Origin: Mobula hypostoma
Taxonomy: Eukaryota
Length of the DNA: 64,000 bases
Assembly: GCF_963921235.1 (NCBI RefSeq)
Contig: NC_086107.1
Location: 98,768,001-98,832,000, forward strand
Reading direction: 5' to 3'
This document shows positions 38,783-51,149 of the stretch, in pieces. The translations under genes and the position numbers were made by a program. The notes under the pieces are model-generated. The model made no database searches and had not been told where the DNA came from. It saw only the letters and a list, made by a program, of their open reading frames with translations. Positions within the stretch are counted from its first letter, which is position 1. Every line of letters begins with the position of its first letter.

Positions 38783-39999
38783 AGTTAAATCATAATAAAG
38801 TACGCTTTCCAAAGTAGTTAAAAAATCATAGTGAAGTATTGCTATTAATATTGCACTTTAATTGACCAGTGAGGTGTTATGCTTTTTTCAACAGGTCAGT
38901 CACACAAGCTTCACACCAAAATTTAGTCATCTCCATTTGAGTCAGTCTCCAGACAATCTTGAGTGCACTTTGGCCGTGCTCAGCCTACGTTGCAACAGGC
39001 TGCATTGCCAGCCCGTGAGCTCCGTTAGGTGGTGTTCCTAGTTCGGAAAGCCGAAGGGAGTTACCAGTCTGATCCATGTACTTACAGCACTAGCTTATCA
39101 AAGGCGACTTGCAGATAAATGTGTTCCAGCAAGAAACAACTTCAGTTTGGAATTCGTGTATGATCCAGACTTTTCAGGGACTCTTCAATTTGTTTTTGAA
39201 ACTTAATCCTTCAGTAGATTGGATAAGGACAACATATTCTATTAGCCTAAAACTGGACTGACACTTGGCATTCGCACCCCTACCCTGATTAACATAGTGT
39301 GTTGAAGTTCTGTCAACTCTTAGCAATAATTGTATCCCTACCTAACATACAGGAACAGCTGCAAAAAAGCCTTAATCCAATTTATTGTCGAATCTTCAGT
39401 TTAAAGTCTTTATAATACTTATTGTAACTGCATTATTGGTGCCATGTCTTTGTATTAGTCCTTCAATTATGGTATTACTTTCATAAGTTCATTCAGACCA
39501 TCTTGCTGATCCAAATCTTTGACTTTTACTGTATCTTACCTATTTGTATATAATATTTATTGAAACACAAAAGAACTGTTCTAAAGCTATATTATTCTGC
39601 TAACAAAATTGATAAAACTGGGTCTTTTAAAATGGAAGGTCGTCCAAATGTGTGTCTGGTGTGTGCGACAGTTGATTGTGATGGCAAATCCTATCTGCAT
39701 GTTACTCCACGTGTCCTGGGAGCAGTCATTGCCCTACTTTAAGCAATGTATTTCTGATGTCTGGCAGATTGTATTGAGTGGGCTGTCGGAGCCATTGGTT
39801 TACTTCTCAAGCACTAAGATTTGCATCGTCCACAGCTTAAAATTGAATTCCAGTTTGTTGGGATTGAACTCCAAAGCAAAATGTTTCTGCATCTCGTGAA
39901 TGCACGGGGCCCTGAACAGGTTGAGAAGCAAGTGTCTTTCATCTGTTAGTGGATCCAAGTGGTGACATCTATTTCTGTATCATCTTGCACTGCCTAGAG

Positions 40000-40334
40000 C
40001 AGAGGTTCCCAACCTGGGGTCTATGGACCGCTTGGTTAATAGTAGGTATCCATAGCATTAAAAAGGTAAGGAACCCCGGTAGTGTAACTGTAAGTATTTC
40101 CATATTTGATCCAGTCTGAATGGCTTCCATTATCATCCTTCAATGAAAACAGGAAAAACAAACACTGTCATCAACCTGAACTGTAACCAATGACTGCCTG
40201 CTATTGAATCACTCAGCGACAGATATTTCCTTATCTAAGAACTTTATATCTTACTGTACTGAATTTAGAGCAGAGGTTCCCAATCTTCTTATTCCATTAA
40301 CCAAGGAGTCTGTGGATCCCAGGTTGGGATCCCA
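40000..40334. mobile_element. Two hAT/Charlie-type mini-MITEs (about 40000-40078 and 40271-40334)
   Basis: Both start CAGAGGTTCCCAA after a ..TAGAG target and share internal sequence with the other copies. Confidence 0.65.
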
Positions 40335-40769
40335 TCCAGTGCAGGTGGTGTTACACGACCTGCTCTAAAGTAACCACCTGTGACATCCTGCACTGGATCT
40401 GTTCTGACTGCATTTCAGACTGGGCAGCCCTTTCACCATATTCTGAATCCGGTGTGACTATGCTATATGGGGTTACTTATACCTGCAGTGGTATCATTCA
40501 GTGCAGGGTTCAGGCGGGCTGTATCAGCCTGAACTAGTTACATAGATCCGGGGAAGCTTGAACTGCCCCATCACTCTGCACAATGTCTAATGTACTGTAT
40601 ATACATCTGTTAGCCATGTGGCTGCCAGTCTAATCAAACCTACTGGATCTAGTGAGACTCTGCCTACAGATACTTAGCAACCACTCAGTGCACTTGCACC
40701 CGATCGCCTTGCACATGATCAGAAGATACATCACGTGCTTCCCTATTTTCTTTCACTGGACAGTATGAC

Positions 40770-41312
40770 TTAATAAAGCACTGGTGAGGCCTCACTTGGA
40801 GTATTGTGAGCAGTTTTGGGCCTCTTATTCAAGCTGTGCTGAAACTAGAGAGTTTCAAAGGAGGTGTTCACAAAAATGATTCCAGGATTTGAAGGGCTCT
40901 GGGCCAGTATTCGCTGGAATTCAGAGGAATGAGGGGTGACCTCATTGAAACCTATCGAACGCTGAAAGGCCTTGACAGAGTGGATGTGGAGAGGATGTTT
41001 CCGATGGTGGGAAAGTCTAAGACCAGAGAACACAGACTCAGAATAGAGGGGAATCCTTTTAGAACAGAAATGAGGAATTTCTTTCATCAGAGAGTGATGA
41101 TTCTGTGGAATTCTTTGCCACAGGTGGCCGTGGAGGCCAAGTCTTTATGTATATTTAAGGCAGAGGTTGATAGATTCTTAATTGGTCAGGGTATGAAGGG
41201 ATAGGGGGAGAAGGCAGGATATTGGGGTTAAGAGGAAAATTGGATCAGCCTTGACGAAATGGTGGAGCAGACTCAATGGGCCAAGTGGCCAAATTCAGCT
41301 CCTACATCTGAC
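40770..41312 (+). mobile_element. CR1 3' fragment
   Basis: Reads MRGDLIETYRTLKGLDRVDVERMFP...LWNSLPQ, followed by the 3' UTR. Confidence 0.9.
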
Positions 41313-41849
41313 GATATCCTGAGCTGGATGTTGGTTGAATGTACCAGGTCAGTCTCTCCTGCACTGGATTCAGTGAGAGAGGCTAAATAGTTGTGGTTGA
41401 GTTAGTAGACTAATGATCTGGATATAAAAATTCAAATCCCAACATGGCTGGAAAGAAGGGGCAAGCTTAAGTTCAGTTTTATTTTAAATAGTGTATTTCA
41501 TGTTACCATCCCCCAGTGTGTTTGACTTTCAACTGCTGACCGAAGTAGTTTCATGAAACATCAAAACAACCAGATTAAAGAAAGAATAAAACCAGATGGA
41601 CCACCCAGCCACCGCCCACATTCTCTCCCGCCTGCTTCTCTCTCCTTCCTACCTCTGGCGAAGAGTTGCTGACCCAAAACATTGAATTTCCCCAGATGCA
41701 GCCTCCCTGCCAAACTCTCCCAGCATTTTCTGTTTTTTTTTAAAAGTCTGGCGTATCCACAGATCATGGAGGAGGATTTTGAGATGTTGACTGTAGAGTG
41801 TGATTATGTTATGCTATTCCTACCAAGCACCACTATCAATTGAAACGTC

Positions 41850-42030
41850 AGTCTTCACCTATCTCCTGCCAGCTTGTATCCCTACACCCCCACCTTCCTA
41901 TTCTGGCTTCTTTCCGCCTTCCTTTCCAATCCTGATGAAGGATCTTGGCCCAAAACATTGACTGTTTATTCCTCTCCACAGATGCTGCCTGAGCTGCTGA
42001 GTTCCTTCAGCATTTTGTGTGTGTTGCCAA
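41850..42030 (+). mobile_element. Penelope-like pLTR fragment
   Basis: ctgatgaaggatcttggcccaaaacattgactg...gatgctgcctgagctgctgagttcc. Same family as copies at about 2393, 4950, 5495, 9470, 10170, 53500, 55215 and 57035. Confidence 0.75.
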
Positions 42031-45000
42031 GGAGTGTTCCCTTCCAACGGAGGACTGATGTATCGATTGGCAAAGCTGCCCTCATAGCAACAGCCTAATA
42101 TAATCACACTCTACAGCCAACGTCCCAAAATCATCCTCCATAATCCCTGGACACGCCAGAGCTAAAGACTCAAAATGCCGGAAAAGATTGTCAGGCAGGC
42201 TGTGTCTCTGGAAAGTCAGCAATCCTTCATCAACATCGGGAAGGAGAGAGTGGGTTAGTTTTCAGTAGGAGCAAATATGCAGGGTGGGAAGGTATAGAAC
42301 AAAGGGAATATCTGTGATAGCTGGAGTTGGGATGGTTTAACGTGGCATTTCATCAACGCGTTAAGCTTCTCAGTCGGTTTAGGATGTTAATATGTTCAGA
42401 CTTACTAGCAGGATTGGCCTACAAGAAGGAGTGATGTAGTAGTATATTGGTGGGAAGAAATTACCAGAACAGGTCAAACAGATACATGGAAACCACTTAC
42501 CATCATCTCCCTGCTGAGGGCAGAGTTCCTCCCTGTTGACCAGCAGTTAGGAGGAGTGTTGCAACAATAAGAATCTGATGTCCTTCCACCCAGAGTACAT
42601 TCTACGTCCATTGTCAAGTGAGCTGAGCCCTGAAGGATGTGCATACATAATTCGATCTGTGGCGGGTGGTGAGGAAATCGAGGGGCAGAATCTCACTCGC
42701 TCTCTCTCTCACACTGATGTATCTCTATGTGACAGGATTGACCCAAGTACATTAGTTCCCACCTTCACACCAAAGACAAATTTCATGATGGAGATTTATT
42801 TATCGCACTACACATCGAAACATACAGTGAAACGCATGGTTTGAGTTGACAACCAGCACACTCAAGGGTGTGCTTGGGGGCAGCCCGCAAGTGTTGCCAC
42901 ACACTCTGTTGCCAACATAGTATGCCCACCATGTTCCACAGAGAACACAAGCAGGGACAATAACAGCAAATCAAGTCCCTTTCCCATCCCTCCCACCTAC
43001 CCACTCACACACCCAGACAGCCACCAACCCTAGGGTTGGCCGCCTCTGGGCCTCCAGCCCTTGTCCTTGGATCCTCAGACTCTCAGCTATCAACTTCACC
43101 CCAGAGCGCCGGTCACGGGTTTGACCTTCAGGCCTTGACTTCTAGACTCTGGAAGAAAATAACAGTCCTGTCCTAGTTCTTTAAGTGAAGTCACAACAAT
43201 TATATCTAACCAAAAATGTGAAAAATTTCCCAACTGTATCTTGTCTACACCCATGTGTTTTTAAAGTTAATCATTTCTAACCTCTGAAAATTGCTACAGG
43301 AGATCTTTGGGCTGAGTCCTAAACAACTTTGACTTCATTTGCTGGATTAATGATTTTCCTTCTGCAACAGAAAACATTCAGAGATTTGAATGAATAGCAA
43401 ATAATTAAGTAGGTAATGGGATGTTGTAAGGGAAAGGGATACAGGAGTTACGAAATCTGGCTTCATACTGTATGTAGGACCAGCTTTGGTAGGACCAGAC
43501 CTGAGGTACCACATTTATTTGATTTATCTGAACAAAGGAAGTGTTTTGCTTGGAGTTGCTTCAGCAAAATTTTGCTGAATTGGTTCATTGGAAGCGAAAG
43601 TTGGTCTAAGAAAAGATTGAGCAGTCTGAACCTATGCTTATCAAGGAGTGGTGACCTTGTTAAGACGAGATTCTGAGGAAACTTACTGCATCTGATGAAG
43701 GGAGAAACTTCTAGTGTCTAGAATCAGTGTGTGGTCTCAGGAAATCACCCACTTAAGACGGAGGTGAAGAAAAATTTCTGCCCCTGTGGATGTGAGGCTT
43801 TGGAATGCTCTATCCTTGACAGCCAAGTGGCTAGGTACATTCAAGATGACCAAGAAACCAAGGTTTTGAAAATTGGGCAGGAAAGTAGAGTTGAGGACAA
43901 TTGTAAAATCAGCCAATACTTATATATATATATAATGTACACACACAAACAAGTTCCATTTGGAAATCTTAAAAAATGAGTATCTTCTTGTTAAGTGCAG
44001 TAAGGTCTAGGCAGTATCCAGGCCGAGGGTGATAACTGGTGTAACATTATTTTGCCATACAAGAGCCAGACAATAACCATCAATGACCTACCTTACTGTT
44101 CAAATGGCATTTCCATCCTGGCAGCCCCTGGGGACCGGAATCTTGGTGGACTGACCATGTCAATTCTGTGCTTGCAAGAGCAGGATAGACACCAGGCTTC
44201 TGGCAGTGAGTGATTCTCCTGATTTCACCAAAACCTTTCTACTACCAGATGCAAATTGGTAATGCTCTCAACAAGTAGAATGACACTTAGGAAGTTCAAG
44301 GACATGATAAATATATGAAACTGCAGATGTGGAAGTTTGATGTGAAAACAGAAATCCTGAAAGAAATCAGCTAGTCAAGTTGCACTTGCAGAGAAAGAAA
44401 AACACGTTAACATTTTGGGTTGGGGGCTGTTGGCACAGCTGGCTGAGTTCTTCCAGTGTTTCAGTTTTGGTACCATCTGGGATAAAGCAACCCTCTTCAT
44501 CGGCTCCTTGTTCCACTGCCCCACACACTTAGTCCTTCCTACACTGGCTTTAGAGTGGGCCACCTGCAAAATATCCTGGTCTAATCACCAAGACTTCTGC
44601 AAGCTCCTTCACCAAGGATGCAGGCTACAGGAATGTAGGAATACCGCCATCTGCAGGTTCTCTTTCAAATCTCGAGTTAACCTGACTTTATCCTGGGGCT
44701 TTGTCCCCAGTGGCACTGGGAGCACCTTCACCCAAAGGACTCAAGTGATTTATAAAGGCAGTCCTCCGCTACATTGTCATGAACAATTCAAATGGAAGGT
44801 AAATGCACAAACAAACACCAAATCCAATATCTCATATAAAAATAATTGTCCTTGCCCCTCATAGATCCATGAAAGGTCAGTAAAGGGGCCACATCTCTCG
44901 TAGGAAGATCCAGAATGCCTGGTGCTCTATCACCTGTCATTGAATGCTACGTACCTGCCCCCATCACTCTACAGTGGATATGGTGAGGTGAGGACCTACA

Positions 45001-45339
45001 CCTTTTCACCCTGCATTGCATTGAAGTGAGGGGGAGCATGGTTTGATCAATCAGGGTTGCATGTCACCCTGTTACCATGCACTAGATCCATTAGGATGCA
45101 CCCACCACCCTATAACCTCACACTGGATCCATTAGGGTACAGCCAACTACACCACAATCCTGCACTGGACCTAAACAGTATCCTTTCTGCCCTTCATTCC
45201 ACAGAAAATCCAGATGAGGCACACCTACCACCTATCACCCTTCACTGGATCCTGAACGTGGTGGTGGTACGTAACCCCTTCCCACTTCTATACAAGGTTT
45301 AAGGAGATGTGCCTGCTTTCTATAACCGTGCAGTGGATT

Positions 45340-46650
45340 TACAGTCATGGAAAAGTACAAAACTGAAACAAGCCCTTTGGCCCATCTAGTCCTTACTGAA
45401 CCATTTTAAACTGCCTACTCCCATCAACCCGCACCAGGACTGCCCTCCATACCCCTACCATCCATGTACCTTTCCAAACTTCTCTTAAATGTTAACATCA
45501 AGCTTGCATGCACTACTTGTGCTGGCAGCTCATTCCACACACTCACAACCCTCTTGAGTGAATATGTTACCCTTATACTCTTTCATCTCTGGTTGTAGCC
45601 CCACCCAACCTCAGTGGGGCGGGGTGGGGGGGAATGTCTGTTTACATTTACCCTATTTATGCAGCTCAAAATTTTATACATCTTTATGAAATCTCCTTCC
45701 AATCTACATTCCAAGGAATAAAGTCCTAACCTATTCAATCTTTCCTTATAACTCAGGTCTTCCAGGCCTGGCAACATACTTGTCAATTTTCTCCACACTC
45801 TTTCAACCTTATTTACATCTTTTCTGTAGGCAGGTGAGCAAAACTGCACACAATACTCCAAATTAGGCCTCACCAATGGCTTATACAACTTCCACATAAC
45901 ATCCCATCTCCTGTACTCAGTACATTGATTTATGAAAGCCAATGTGCCAAAAGCTTTCTTTACAACCCTGTCTATCTGTGATGCCATTTTCAACTAATTA
46001 TGAACCTGTACTCCCAGATCCCTTTGTTCTACCACACCCCTCAGGTCCCTACCATTCACTGCGTAAGACCTACCCTGGTTGTTCCTATCGAAGTCCAAAA
46101 CCTTGCGCTTGACTGCGTTAAATTCCATCTGGCATTTTTCAGTCTATTTTCCCAGCTGGTCCAAATCTCGCAGCAATCCATGATGACCTTCCTCACCGTC
46201 CACTACACGCCCAATCTGGGTGTCATCTGCACATTTGCTGATCCAGTTAACCACATTATCATCCAGATCATTGATATAGATGACAAACAACAAAGGACCG
46301 AAACCGATCCCTGCAGCACACTAGTCACAGGGCTCCAGTCAGAGGGGCAACCTTCTACTACCACTCTCTGGCTACTCCCGCAAAGCCAATGTCTAATCCA
46401 GTTTACTACCTCATCCTGAATGCCACCTTCTTGACCAACCTCCCATGCAGGACCTTGTCAAAAGCCTTTCTGAAGTCCATGTAGACAACATCCAATGCCT
46501 TGCCTCCATCCACTTTCCCGGTAACTTCCCCGAAAAACTCTATAAATTTGTTTAGACGTGACCTTCTAGGCACGAAGCCATGCTGACTATCCTTAATCAG
46601 TCCATTATCTATCCAAATATTTATCTACCCTGGCCCTCAGAATACCTTCC
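45340..46650 (-). mobile_element. CR1 LINE fragment (RT and 3' end), degraded
   Basis: ORF 45583-45993: KKAFGTLAFI...LVRPNLEYCVQF...ERLNRLGLYSLE. RT remnants continue to about 46650. Confidence 0.9.
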
Positions 46651-46883
46651 AAGAGAGACTGCATCTGTCACCCTATCAAGCCTTACTGGATCTAGGACTG
46701 CTAAGTGGCCCTTGTCATCCCCTCTTTGAATCTAGAGATCCTTATTACGAAGAAGGAAGCCATTCTGGTCATGGTGTGGATGCTACCCCCGCACTGGGTG
46801 GATCCCGGTGCCGCCACGCCCCACCCCCAAGGGAACGGGATGACGCAGGCACGCAAGAGCTGACGAACTGGTGGTGGCGTTAC

Positions 46884-46897
46884 GTTTCCGTAGCAAC
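46884..46897. promoter_or_regulatory. RFX X-box motif
   Basis: GTTTCCGTAGCAAC fits the GTYNCY-NN-RGYAAC X-box consensus and lies about 60 bp upstream of the ATG. Confidence 0.7.
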
Positions 46898-46959
46898 AGG
46901 CCTAGCGCCTCAGGCGGGTGCGGGCTGAGCCCGAGGGACGGCGCCGAACGTCGGGCGAA

Positions 46960-47059
46960 ATGTCTGGTCAGCAGGGACCGGAGAAAGTGCAAACGGGCAG
47001 TGGGTTCTGGAACTGCGCCAAAGCCTCTTACAGCAAGGAGACCGTGGACGCGCTGAGGG
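46960..47059 (+). CDS. C22orf23: UPF0193 protein EVG1, coding exon 1
   Basis: gaaATGtct...AGG G|gtgagg. Reads MSGQQGPEKVQTGSGFWNCAKASYSKETVDALR. Phase 1 joins exon 2 to give VMMQESKL. Confidence 0.85.
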
Positions 47060-49371
47060 GTGAGGAGGGTGGGGAAGGACGGGGCCTGGGGTGAGGGCTG
47101 CAATCAAACAGCTTTAGGCAGATAGATGGCAGCACATGCAGAGGAAAGCAAAAGCAGACTGAGCCGGAGCTGGACCTGGTCTGGGTGCAGTTCATTTTAC
47201 CAGCACTGATGTTCTCAGCTAATGTCGACAGCTTTTAATTAGCAGAAACAATTCCTAGTTTACCATAGTGATTTACGACATCATCTCAACTTGTCACGCC
47301 TTTTTTTTATTATAGACTCCCGGACTAGAATACCTCTTATTCCTCCGAATCACTGAGTTAAGTTTGTTGTTTTGCAGCAGCAGTGTGGTCTAGTGACATA
47401 AAATTACTATGATTTCAATAAATAAATAAATACGGTAAATAGTGCAAAAAGAAATCAAAACATTCAGTGGAATATAAATATGGCTCACAGAGCAACCTCG
47501 TAATTCTTTTAATCCTTGTATTATCCTGGTGAATCTGTACTCCAGCCATTCCAAGACCAGTAAATCCATCCTAAAGTATGGTGTTCAGAACTGAAAGCAG
47601 TAATCACATTTGCCCTTTATCTGATTTTAGTGAAGTACCACCCCTCAATTAGCTTTATCAACTTTTTTGTACCTGCCTCTTAAATCTCAGTGATTCTTAA
47701 ACCCCTCTTTGCTCACCGACAGCTCCTCGCATGTCACCACCAAGAAAGTCAGCTGTTCATACTGTTTTGGATCCAAAGGTTTCACATGGCCTCGCACGAT
47801 AATCAATCCACTTCATTTTTCACCTTCCTTTGGCAGATTTTTCCTTCCATTAACAGTATTGATTACACTGTCACCTCTAGTTATATGTTGTCAAGTGGAG
47901 AAAGGGAAATAGGAGATAAACAGAAGTGAACATATGAGTGAGGGAGCATGACCAGACCTGATCTTGGAGAATGTAAATAGTCAAGTAGAGGAAGTGTAAA
48001 TGGAGAATCTTTTGGAGACCATGACCATAACTTTATTTATTTATTGAGATACAGCATGGAATAGGCCTTTCTGGCCCTCCAAGCAATGTGGTCCAACAAT
48101 CACCTGATTTAATCCTAGCCTAATCATGGGACAATTTACAGTGAGCAATTAACCTACCAACCGGTACGCCTTTGGACTGTGTGAGGAAGCCAGAGGTCAC
48201 CGGGAGAGCGTACAAACTCCTGACAAGCCACAGCGCGAATTGAACCTGGGCCGCTGGTAGTGTAAAGCGTCGTGCTGACCACTACGCCGCCGTGCGATCT
48301 GGTTATGGAGAAAACCAGGAAAAAAGGTCTCAAACTGGAAAAGGCCAATTTCATTAAAATAACAGGACTTGATAAAGGCAGACTGGGAGAATTGACTTTC
48401 AGGCAAGCCTAGTTCAAGTTCATTATCATGGCCACACATAGCCAAAGTATAAATGCCAGAAAAAAATTGCTTTTCGCAGCAGCAGTACAGTACAATACAG
48501 ATGTGACAAATATGAAGTACATAAGCCTAATTTAACATAAATTATGCACAACTTGCCTGACAAAATAAACAAAACTAAACATAACATTTTTGCAAGTTAA
48601 GCAAAATATAGGTAGACTTGGAGTTTTTCAGGTAGGCTCAATAACACGATGGCAGTAGGTAGGAACTGTTAACTGGAAGATGACAAAATGTAGTTCTGCT
48701 TTTCAAAAAAGAGCAGGGAAAATGCCGAGAAAGACTGGGACTAATCAGCGGCTTTGTCAAGGGTATATCCCGTCTGGCCAATCTGACTGAATTTTTCAGA
48801 ATCAGGGTCAGGTATTTATCACCGGCATGTGTCGTGAAAGGTAATGTGGTGGAGAGGGAACTTGAAAGCCTTTGACAAGGTGTCATGTGGGTGATTCGTC
48901 TGATAAGTTAGGGCCCAGGGGATCCAGAACAAGTTGGAACCAAAACAGGCCGGACAATAGCAGACAATAGCAGGTGGTAGTAGAAGGTTGTTTTTGTGAT
49001 TGGATGCCGGTGACTCGTGGTGTCTTACAGGGACCGGTGCTGCAACCCATTTTGTTATTAATGCACATGAATGGTTTGGATGTGGATGCAGGAGGCAAAC
49101 TTAGTAAGTTTTTTTTGAGATTCAGTGTGAAATAGGCCCTTGAAGCTATGCTGCCTAACAACCCCCGATTTACACCTAATTACGGGACAGTTTACAACGA
49201 CCAATTAATCTACCAACCGGTTCGCCTTTGGACTGTGGGAGGAAACCGGAGCACCCGGAGGAAACCCACGCGGTCACGGGGAGAATGTACGAACCTCTTA
49301 CAGACAGCGGCGGGAAATGATCCCGGGCCGCCAATAGTGTAAAGCATAGTGCTGACTACTAGTTCACAGAT

Positions 49372-51125
49372 GTCAAAGTTCAAAGTAAAATTTATTATCA
49401 GAGTACATACATGTCACCACATAGAACCCTGAGATTCTGTTGGCATACTTAGCAAATCTGTAGATCAGAAACTGTAAACAAACTGTGTAAATGCAGATGT
49501 AAGTCATAGCAGTAAATAACAAGCATGAATTAACAATATAGCAGAGTCCTTAAATGAGTACGGTTATCCCCTTTTGTTCGAGAGCCTGATGGTTGAGGGG
49601 TAGTCACTGTTCTTGAACGTGGTAGTGCAAGTCCTGATGGCAGCAGTGAGAAAAGAGCATTGCTTGGGTGATGAGGAGCTTCGATGATGGATGCTGCTTT
49701 TCTACGGCAATGTTTCATGTGGATGTGCTCATTGGTTGGGAGGGTTTTACCTGTGATGTACTGGGCTGAATCCACTACCTTTTGTAGAATTTTTCCCTCA
49801 AAGGCATTGGTGTTTCCAGGGCATAAGGCAGCCAGTCAGCATACTTTCCGCCACACATCTGTAGAACGTTTTCGATGACATGCTGAACCTCTGCAGACTT
49901 CTGAGGAAGTCGAGGTGCTGTTGTGCTTTCTTCACAATAATATTTATATGATGGGTCCAGGACAGATCCTCTGAGTTAGTGACACCCAGGAATTTAAAGT
50001 TACTGACCCTCTCCACCTCTGATCCTCTGATGATTACTGGCTCATGGACCTCTGGATTCTGTCACCTGAAGTCTACACTCGGTTCTTTGATCTTATTGAC
50101 ATTGAGTGAGAGGTTGTTATTGCACCATTCAGCCAAGTTTTAAATCCCCCTCCTATATGCAGATTCACCACTCCCTTTGATACAGTCCACAACTGAGGCA
50201 TCATCAGCAAACTTGTATGTGGTGTTGGAGCTGTACTTAACCACACAGTCACAGGTGTAAAGTGAGTAGAGCATTCAAACCCTGCCACAGCTGTCAAGCA
50301 CCCTCGTTGATTCCAGTCTAGTCCGGAATCTCCACTTTGCCCAAGAGATGGCTTTCCGGAGATCATACCTGTACCTCTTCTGGTGTCCGTGATCTCCAGG
50401 CTTGAACGCCTCTGACCTGGCTCTCAGCAGGTTCTGGATTTCATTGTTCATCCAGGGCCCCTGAACGATTTTGTGAGGACACACTCATCCATAGCTGTTT
50501 TAATAAAGTCTGTAACCACCCTGGTGTAATCATTAGTGTCTTCAGATGAGTTCTTGAACATGGCCCAGTCCACTGACTCAAGGCAATCTTGTAACTGTTC
50601 CTCAGCCTTCTGCGACCAGTTCTTAGTTGTCTTGATCTCTTGAGCTTTGCTGTTTCGGCTCTGACTGTATACAGGTGGGAGTAGAGTCAAATGATCCGAC
50701 TTGCCAAAATGCGGTTTTGGGAAGGAATGATAGGCATTCCTTATCATAATTTAGTAGTGGTTTAGTGTGTTGGGACCTCTGGTGCAACAGGTTATGTGCT
50801 AGTGATAAATGGGCAGGATTTTCTTCAAACAAGCCTGGTTAAAGTCAGTGACTACAATTTGAAATGCGTCGGGATGGGCCTTTTCTTGTTTACAGACAGG
50901 ATCGTGCAGATTCACGAGTGCTTGCTTATAATCAGCCACTGGTGGTATGTAAACTGCAGTCAGGGTCACGGATGAAAACTTCCAAGCAAGTAGAAGTGTC
51001 TACATTTAATCGTTAGTTGTTCTAAGTCAGGGGAACAAGAAGTTGACATAACCCCAACGTCCGTGCACCAACGAGGATTAACCAGAAAGAACGCACCACT
51101 ACCTCTTTCCTTATTAGAATTGGTG
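49372..51125 (-). mobile_element. Degraded Rex1-type LINE with endonuclease and RT remnants
   Basis: Fragments NAYHSFPKPHFGKSDH, PWMNNEI, FKFLGVTNSEDLSW and ALFSLLPSG in several frames. Confidence 0.85.
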
Positions 51126-51149
51126 GAGTCATTGACAGAGTGGTGGGTA

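Larger units (their letters stand above)
46785..47100 (+). promoter_or_regulatory. CpG-island promoter of C22orf23
   Basis: Sharp local rise in GC and CpG around the ATG at 46960. KLF/Sp box GCCACGCCC at 46813-46821. CRE half-sites TGACG at 46841 and 46861. Confidence 0.8.

Noticed and set aside
44940..45340. CRISPR-like repeat-spacer array
   Set aside because: The repeats are short, degenerate and irregularly spaced in a vertebrate locus, with no cas genes.
40700..46950. POLR2F on the minus strand sharing the CpG-island promoter
   Set aside because: No RPB6-like peptide (such as TTPYMTKYERAR) was seen in any frame I inspected.
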